A stretch of DNA of 64,000 nucleotides from Eledone cirrhosa. Its lineage: Eukaryota. Below are positions 55,488-64,000 of this stretch, in pieces (position 1 is the first letter of the stretch; each line of letters begins with the position of its first letter). The notes under the pieces were generated by a model that saw only the letters and a program-made list of their open reading frames with translations, had not been told where the DNA came from and searched no databases. The DNA is taken from contig OZ024765.1 in the NCBI GenBank assembly GCA_964016885.1, positions 4,092,001-4,156,000 of the forward strand. Direction: 5' to 3'. A program made the position numbers and the translations under genes.

Positions 55488-56562
55488 ATCATCATCATCA
55501 TCGTTTTACGTACCCTTTTCTCTGCTTGCAAGGGTGGGATGGGGTCCTATTCAGCACAGCATCTCTCCACTTGTCACGGTCCTTCGTCATCTCCTCCGTG
55601 AGTTTCAGCGATCTGCGGTCTGCTCTCACCACCTCCGCCCATGTTTTACGTGGTCTACCTCTACTGCGTCTTCCTTCTACTGGGATTTCTTGGCACTTCT
55701 TTACCCAGCGGTCATCCTCCATGCGTATCACATGTCCATACCATCTCAGCCTTCTCTCCTGCACACCACAACTTATCCCTCTTATACCCAGTTTCTGTCT
55801 CAACACATCACATGTCCATACCATCTCAGCCTTCTCTCCTGCAAACCACAACTTATCCCTCTTATACCCAGTTTCTTTCTCAACACATCACATGTCCATA
55901 CCATCTCAGCCTTCTCTCCTGCACACCACAACTTATCCCTCTTATACCCAGTTTCTTTCTCAACTCATCACATGTCCATACCATCTCAGCCTTCTCTCCT
56001 GCACACCACAACTTATCCCTCTTATACCCAGTTTCTGTCTCAACACATCACATGTCCATACCATCTCAGCCTTCTCTCCTGCAAACCACAACTTATCCCT
56101 CTTATACCCAGTTTCTTTCTCAACACATCACATGTCCATACCATCTCAGCCTTCTCTCCTGCACACCACAACTTATCCCTCTTATACCCAGTTTCTTTCT
56201 CAACTCATCACATGTCCATACCATCTCAGCCTTCTCTCCCGCACACCACAACTTATCCCTCTTATACCCAGTTTCTGTCTCAACACATCACATGTCCATA
56301 CCATCTCAGCCTTCTCTCCCACACACCACAACTTATCCCCCTTATACCCAGTTTCTGTCTCAACACATCACATGTCCATACCATCTCAGCCTTCTCTCCT
56401 GCAAACCACAACTTATCCCTCTTATACCCAGTTTCTTTCTCAACTCGTCACATGTCCATACCATCTCAGCCTTCTCTCCCACACACCACAACTTATCCCT
56501 CTTATACCCAGTTTCTTTCTCAACTCGTCTATGCTTGGTCCTTCACATACATTGCCACTGCA
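55488..56562 (-). mobile_element. RTE 3' fragment with the same 80-bp tandem array (~10 units)
   Basis: Period 80 (55731, 55811, ...) with the same unit boundaries as at 16 kb. Confidence 0.85.
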
Positions 56563-56662
56563 CGTCCACTCTGTATGTTAAGGAGTTTAAACAGCTCACA
56601 ACCATAACTGGAATTCTATAAGAATCTAGCTTCTCTAACTCCCAGTAGAAGCGAAGGAGTGT

Positions 56663-56709
56663 GTAGTCTTGATAACCACTAACAAGTGAGAAACGGCCCC
56701 ATCAATTAC
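56663..56709 (+). ncRNA. Degenerate U3-A8 hammerhead motif
   Basis: GUAGUC-UUGAUAA-C CACU aaca AGUG A-GAAA-CGGCCCCA-UC-AAUUAC; homologous to the 310-nt monomer. Confidence 0.5.
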
Positions 56710-56872
56710 TCCCTTTTGCTTTTGCCGAGACAAGGTATCTGATGTTACTCACTACTTTAAAATTCACAGCGAATGGCCTTCAAAATGTTTTCAAATAAAC
56801 ATACAGTATATTATTAAATATACTATACATACATTCATACATACATCACTATTTCAGAGAACCAATACTACT

Positions 56873-56953
<81 letters not shown>

Positions 56954-57185
56954 GACATATGTATGTATACATATATACACATATATATACATATATATAT
57001 ATATACAAACATATATATATATATTCATATATATACATATTTTTATATATATGCATATATATATATATAATGACATATGTATGTATATATATATACACAT
57101 ATATATATATACATATATATATATACAAACATATATATATATACATATATATATATATTCATATATATACATATTTTTATATATA

Positions 57186-57232
<47 letters not shown>

Positions 57233-57271
57233 TATATATGGTGAACTAACTGTTGTGGAACTACTTCTATC

Positions 57272-57317
<46 letters not shown>

Positions 57318-57356
57318 TATATATGGTGAACTAACTGTTGTGGAACTACTTCTATC

Positions 57357-57410
<54 letters not shown>

Positions 57411-57563
57411 ATAAATGCTCTGAAATAGCGATATATATGTGAATATAGACATAGAATATTCGAAAATATTCTGTATGTTTATAATAAACATTTTGAAGAC
57501 CTAATCGCTATAGAATAGAATACGTCACGTATTACAATTAGATTCTCGATAAAAGCAAGGGAA

Positions 57564-57606
57564 GTAATCTACGCGTTTCATTCTTGTTAGAAATCATCAG
57601 GACTAC
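57564..57606 (-). ncRNA. Minimal type-I hammerhead ribozyme (array copy 1)
   Basis: GUAGUC-CUGAUGA-U UUCU aaca AGAA U-GAAA-CGCG-UA^GAUUAC. Confidence 0.75.
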
Positions 57607-57873
57607 ATATCCAGTGCTTTTATCGAGAATGACACAGCTAGAGACTTATAGAATACTTAGCTGTGTACAGGAACTGGTTTGAAAGAGCGGTTGCCGGTCC
57701 GGCAGAAATTAGAAATTGGAATAAATGCTCTGAAATAGCGATATATATGTGAATATAGACATAGAATATTCGAAAATATTCTGTATGTTTATAATAAACA
57801 TTTTGAAGACCTAATCGCTATAGAATAGAATACGTCACGTATTACAATTAGATTCTCGATAAAAGCAAGGGAA

Positions 57874-57916
57874 GTAATCTACGCGTTTCATTCTTGTTAG
57901 AAATCATCAGGACTAC
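57874..57916 (-). ncRNA. Minimal type-I hammerhead ribozyme (array copy 2)
   Basis: Same motif, 310 nt from copy 1. Confidence 0.75.
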
Positions 57917-58367
57917 ATATCCAGTGCTTTTATCGAGAATGACACAGCTAGAGACTTATAGAATACTTAGCTGTGTACAGGAACTGGTTTGAAAGAGCGG
58001 TTGCCGGTCCGGCAGAAATTAGAAATTGGAATAAATGCTCTGAAATAGCGATATATATGTGAATATAGACATAGAATATTCGAAAATATTCTGTATGTTT
58101 ATAATAAACATTTTGAAGACCTAATCGCTATAGAATAGAATACGTCACGTATTACAATTAGATTCTCGATAAAAGCAAGGGAAGTAATCTACGAATATTT
58201 TCGAATATTCTATGTCTATATTCACATATATATCGCTATTTCAGAGCATTTATTCCAATTTCTAATTTCTGCCGGACCGGCAACCACTCTTTCAAACCAG
58301 TTCCTGTACACAGCTAAGTATTCTATAAGTCTCTAGCTGTGTCATTCTCGATAAAAGCACTGGATAT

Positions 58368-58410
58368 GTAGTCCTGATGATTTCTAACAAGAATGAAACG
58401 CGTAGATTAC
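58368..58410 (+). ncRNA. Minimal type-I hammerhead ribozyme (array copy 3)
   Basis: CTGATGA 58374-58380, GAAA 58395-58398, predicted cut after A58404. Confidence 0.75.
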
Positions 58411-58677
58411 TTCCCTTGCTTTTATCGAGAATCTAATTGTAATACGTGACGTATTCTATTCTATAGCGATTAGGTCTTCAAAATGTTTATTATAAACATA
58501 CAGAATATTTTCGAATATTCTATGTCTATATTCACATATATATCGCTATTTCAGAGCATTTATTCCAATTTCTAATTTCTGCCGGACCGGCAACCGCTCT
58601 TTCAAACCAGTTCCTGTACACAGCTAAGTATTCTATAAGTCTCTAGCTGTGTCATTCTCGATAAAAGCACTGGATAT

Positions 58678-58720
58678 GTAGTCCTGATGATTTCTAACAA
58701 GAATGAAACGCGTAGATTAC
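58678..58720 (+). ncRNA. Minimal type-I hammerhead ribozyme (array copy 4)
   Basis: Same motif. Confidence 0.75.
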
Positions 58721-58987
58721 TTCCCTTGCTTTTATCGAGAATCTAATTGTAATACGTGACGTATTCTATTCTATAGCGATTAGGTCTTCAAAATGTTTAT
58801 TATAAACATACAGAATATTTTCGAATATTCTATGTCTATATTCACATATATATCGCTATTTCAGAGCATTTATTCCAATTTCTAATTTCTGCCGGACCGG
58901 CAACCGCTCTTTCAAACCAGTTCCTGTACACAGCTAAGTATTCTATAAGTCTCTAGCTGTGTCATTCTCGATAAAAGCACTGGATAT

Positions 58988-59030
58988 GTAGTCCTGATGA
59001 TTTCTAACAAGAATGAAACGCGTAGATTAC
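58988..59030 (+). ncRNA. Minimal type-I hammerhead ribozyme (array copy 5)
   Basis: Same motif. Confidence 0.75.
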
Positions 59031-59209
59031 TTCCCTTGCTTTTATCGAGAATCTAATTGTAATACGTGACGTATTCTATTCTATAGCGATTAGGTCTTCA
59101 AAATGTTTATTATAAACATACAGAATATTTTCGAATATTCTATGTCTATATTCATATATATATATATATATAATATATAAGATCAAAAGATGGTTAAATG
59201 AGTTCCATA

Positions 59210-59280
59210 TATTTTATTATGCGCATTTCAAAAACAAATATCATCATGCAATAACATTTGTGTTTTCATCAGATAAAATA
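59210..59280 (-). ncRNA. Type-I hammerhead motif, long stem II
   Basis: UAUUUUAU-CUGAUGA-AAAc ACAAAUGUUAU ugcaug AUGAUAUUUGU uUUU-GAAA-UGCGCA-UA^AUAAAAUA. Confidence 0.65.
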
Positions 59281-59484
59281 GATATGAAGGTTAAATATAT
59301 CAGATAAAATAGATATGAAGGTTAAATATATCAGATAAAATGATATGAAGGTTAAAAACACTTGTGGATAGTGCAGTTTTAAATCAATATATATATATTA
59401 TGTATACTCCAGTCCTACAAATTGTAGAGTGCTTCTTATCCGATATCTGCATTGCTTTATTGTACTACAATAAAACTCACCTCC

Positions 59485-59538
<54 letters not shown>

Positions 59539-59599
59539 CATATATTTATACATACATATATATATATATATATACATATATATATACATACATAATATA

Positions 59600-60270
59600 C
59601 GTGAACGGCAAAGCATAAACGAACTAAGGACAAAATTAGAAATAAGAGGGATCAGATGTTGTTTACTCGAGAGAAGGCTACGCTGGTATGGTCACGTGAT
59701 GCGCATGAAAGTCGATAGCTGTATAACGAAGTGCAGGGCAATAAAGATAGACGGTAGCCACGGAATAGGCAGACCTAGAAAAACCTGGGACGAGCTGATA
59801 AACTCCGACCTCACACACTTACACCTCTCCAAGACAATGTCACTGGACCGAGACCTTTGGCGGTACTCAGTAACAGAGAAGACCCGCCTTACCTAAATAC
59901 ATAGTAAAACCTACTACAGCCAGTAGGCATCTCTAACAAAATACCCCCCCCCCCCCATCCACACCACCCCGTTCTATGAAAAGTTATGTTGGTGCCACAC
60001 CATCCAGGCCGAAACAAATGAGATCGTGTAGGTGTCACGACAAAAAAACACACAGTCCACGCTGTAATGTGGCCGTGTAGGCAACACGGTAAAAACCTCC
60101 CAGACCCACACTGTAAATGTGGTTGGTGTTAGGAAGGGCATCCAACTGTAGAAAACCCGCCAGACAGTCCTATGCGAGCAAGACAATCACTCTTGCCTCA
60201 AGTGGGAATACCCCCGTCCAAACCCATGCAAGCGTGGAACACGGACGTTAAACGTTGATGATGATGATGA
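59600..60270 (+). mobile_element. RTE LINE 3' end (ORF2 end + 3'UTR with 49-bp modules)
   Basis: [12 protein letters not shown]...GRPRKTWDE...EKTRLT*, poly-C, repeat modules, (GAT)n; homologues at 43608-44055 and 53160-53437. Confidence 0.82.
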
Positions 60271-60304
60271 TATATACATATATATATATATGTATATATT
60301 ATAC

Positions 60305-60336
<32 letters not shown>

Positions 60337-60559
60337 CATACAAACAAACAAACATTTATATATGTTGTTGAAGTTGGCTAATATCCTGTATTTGAATAAT
60401 AAATTATTAATTCTTGCTAGAGTGATTCTGGCCATTTAAGTCAGAACATTGTTCTCAGAAATGGTGCTTATGTTTTGAAAATGGCCCATAATTTTACAGG
60501 AAGAGTCTAATAATGAACTTAAAGTTGAATACATACAAACACACATACACTATATATAC

Positions 60560-60604
<45 letters not shown>

Positions 60605-61059
60605 TATATACATCTATAAATATATATACATCTATATACATGTACATACATATATATATATATATATGTATATTTATACGTACATATATACATACGTCTA
60701 TAAATATATATACATCTGTATACATATACATACATATATATACGTATATATATACATACACATATATATATATGTATACATATACCTACATATATAAATA
60801 TATGTATATATATACATACAAATATATATATACATATATGTGTATATATACCTACATTTATAAATATATGTATATACATACATATATACATACACACACA
60901 CACATGTGTGTGTATGTGTATATATATACATATATATATACATACATAAACATATATATATATATATATATATAATCATCATTACCTTCATCATCATTTT
61001 GACATCCATTTTTACATGCTCACATGGGTTATATATACATATATATAACCCATATATAC

Positions 61060-61093
<34 letters not shown>

Positions 61094-62007
61094 ACACTTA
61101 CATACACATATATATTATTATGTACATATAATAATATATAAGTGTATGTAAGTGTATATATATATATGTATATACACTTACATACACATATATATATGTA
61201 CATATATATATATATCATCATCATCACTGTTTAATGTCTATTTTTCCACGCTTACATGGGTCAGACGTGTTGCCATGTAATGACACAAATCTGTCTAAAA
61301 GACTTCACCTCCCCCCTATTTGCGACAAACCACTTTAGTGATCTCATAACCAACCTCTACAGCATCTGTTCCTGTTTCAAAAACCACAGGTCTGTAACTT
61401 CACAATAAAATCATGCCCGGTCCACTGATGAATGCAGAAAATTTTCAGGCATTTTAACATAGTTATAGGGTTCAGTTAACCCTTTAGCATTCACATTACT
61501 TTACATACTAATATAGGGGGGTGAATTGTATATATAAATAAAGAAGTATACATATATATCATCATCATCATCATCATCATCATTTTACGTCCACTTTTTC
61601 CCTGCTTGCAAGGGTGGGATGGAAACCGATTCTGGCTTGATTTCTACAGCTGGATGCCCTTCCTAACACCAACCTCATTTACAGTGAGTGCTGGGTGCTT
61701 TTTTTTCGTGGCACCTCCACGACCACTTTACAGTGTGGGCTGGGTACTTTTTTGCCGTGGCACTTCCACAACCACTTTTGCAGTGGAATGATAGGGACCC
61801 CAGTCCCTATCATCTCATTTCTACAGCTGAGTAAACTGGAGCAATGTGAAATAAAGTGCCTTGCTCAAGGAAACAACACATCACCCGGTCTTAGAATTGA
61901 ACTCACAACCTTTCGATTGTAAGGCCAATGCTCTAACCACTAAGCCATGTGCCTCCATGAATAAATATAAGAATGAATACATATATGTATATATATATAT
62001 ATATGTG

Positions 62008-62050
<43 letters not shown>

Positions 62051-62124
62051 GCACATATATATATACATATATATATTCATATATATACATATATCTATCT
62101 ATATACATACACACACATATATAT

Positions 62125-62162
<38 letters not shown>

Positions 62163-62198
62163 CGTATATATATATATATATATGTGTATATATATATG

Positions 62199-62232
<34 letters not shown>

Positions 62233-62307
62233 TATATATATACATATACATATATGTATTCATATATATACATATATCTATCTATATACATACACACACA
62301 TATATAT

Positions 62308-62363
<56 letters not shown>

Positions 62364-62372
62364 CATATATAT

Positions 62373-62410
<38 letters not shown>

Positions 62411-62891
62411 GGGATTCATTCATACTATAGAGAACACATCAAAGTATATTTGCTGGAGTGAGAGGAAAATTCAATACGTATCCATTAGAAAACTTCTGAA
62501 AAATACTTTTTAATGGCAAATGTTAAGAAAAAATATTTCTAGGAATGCTCAATTTTTTCCATATCTTCGACATTAACCTTACCTGCTGTTAGCTGTATGG
62601 TATTCATGTATTTATAAATACATCTTAAACTTACACTCTTATACATGAATATATATGTATGTATATATGTATATATATATATTATATATTTCGTTTCTGA
62701 ATTTGTTTAGCAAGATTCTTTATCTGAAAACGTGTGTTGAAACCGATATTGTTATACTTTGGGAGGGTCATGTTGCCAATAAGAAACACACGCACCAGTT
62801 GCTTTCACTTCAATTTATTATAATAAATTTATAAATTTAGGAATTTATAAATTTCCGGTTGGTTCCACAACCAGATGATTGTTTATATATT

Positions 62892-62934
62892 GTCAAAGTT
62901 CTTTCGTCACACATTCTGTGACCTCTTCAGTGAC
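62892..62934 (-). ncRNA. Minimal type-I hammerhead motif (further family)
   Basis: GUCA-CUGAAGA-G GUCACA gaaug UGUGAC-GAAA-GAAC-UU^UGAC. Confidence 0.6.
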
Positions 62935-63274
62935 TGGGGATTTTGTTTTTTGTTTTTGTGCCTCTCCTTTGTTCTGTCCTACGCCATCTTGTTTTTGTGT
63001 GTGTTGTGTGCTTAGTTTGCGCATGTGTTACATCTGGGTGTCTGTGTATGTTTATATTCATTTATTTATTTGTTTATTTACAAGTTACTGGTTGGTTGTT
63101 TGTTCTATGTGTGTGTGTGTTTTCATTTTGTCCTTAATTGTAAGTTGTGATGTTGCTGTTCCTGTTGTTGTCCTCAGCTCGTAATGGACATTTATACGGA
63201 ACAGGCTGTTCCATATAACCATGTCCATTACAAGCTGAGGAGCCGCTAAGGTGAACTAACTGTTGTGTAACCAC

Positions 63275-63332
<58 letters not shown>

Positions 63333-63458
63333 GAATGTATGTATTGTATATTTAATAATATACTGTATGTTTATTTAAAAACATTTTGAAGGCCTTTTGC
63401 TATGAATTTAAGGTAGTGACTATATTCACATACCTAACTTCAGCAAAAATAAAGGGAA

Positions 63459-63503
63459 ATAACTGATGACTGTTTCTCAATGTTTAGCGGTTATCAAGGT
63501 TAT
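63459..63503 (-). ncRNA. Degenerate U3-A8 hammerhead motif
   Basis: AUAACC-UUGAUAA-CCGCU aaac AUUGA-GAAA-CAGUCA-UC-AGUUAU, inside a ~312-nt repeat unit. Confidence 0.42.
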
Positions 63504-64000
63504 AAACCCCTCTGATTTTGCTGTGAATTATAAAATAGAAGTTGGATTCTTATAGAATACCAATCATGTTTGTGAGCTGTTTAAACTCATTAACATACAG
63601 AGTGGATGCCAAGCCAGCAACGATTAGAAATTTGTGTTCGTGCTCTGAAATAGTAATGTATATTTAATAACATACTGTATGTTTATTTAAAAACATTTTG
63701 AAGGCCTTTCTCTTTACTTTTGCTGAAGCTAGGTATGTGACTAAAAGGTCTTTAAAATGTTTTAAAATAAACATACAGTATATTATTAAATATGCAATAC
63801 AGACATTCATATATACATCGCTATTTCAGAACAGCAACACATATATTAAGAAGATAAATAATACATACATTCTTATATACATCGCTATTTCAGAGCACCA
63901 ACACACATATATATATATTAAGAAGATAAGGTAGTATTCATTTTCTGTTGGTAAAAATCAAACTTGTGGAGTGATTATGGATCTGTTAATAAAGGGGCAA

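Larger units (their letters stand above)
57406..59155. mobile_element. Retrozyme/Penelope-pLTR-like array of a 310-nt monomer, inverted at ~58192
   Basis: Period is 310 (57411/57721/58031 forward; 58501/58811/59121 reverse complement). Copies are nearly identical, each complete unit has one hammerhead motif, and there is no ORF. Confidence 0.8.

Noticed and set aside
62583-62607. Minus-strand ATG...CAG|GTAAGG strong donor, a possible exon
   Set aside because: No recognisable protein, and phase 1 is incompatible with XPD exon 2, which needs phase 2.
45620-64000. A divergent neighbouring gene sharing the XPD promoter
   Set aside because: No convincing plus-strand exons found by eye; small exons cannot be excluded.

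Overview
Repeat-rich eukaryotic window, probably an octopod cephalopod (inferred from the SINE/RTE repertoire and long (TA)n/(CA)n tracts). It contains one complete protein-coding gene, ERCC2/XPD (TFIIH Fe-S helicase), on the minus strand. I assembled 25 coding exons by hand from 45443 to 3307; they total 2283 nt (760 aa), all introns are GT-AG, and two exons are micro-exons (24 and 30 nt). The rest is RTE, CR1 and CRE LINE relics, tRNA-derived SINEs, piggyBac/hAT/mariner/pogo-type MITEs, minisatellites and a 200-N gap. The long ORFs in the supplied track are repeat artefacts. The main hidden signal is about 16 type-I hammerhead-ribozyme motifs from roughly six families. They include a head-to-head array of a 310-nt structured monomer with one hammerhead per unit (retrozyme/Penelope-like), several motifs with a compensatory U3-A8 core, a palindrome with a hammerhead on each strand, and four motifs in the sense orientation of the XPD transcript. 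Intron 12 also holds an ~5-kb satellite that leaves the pre-mRNA G-free right up to the exon-13 acceptor AG. None of this was checked with tools, and ribozyme activity is inferred from structure only.
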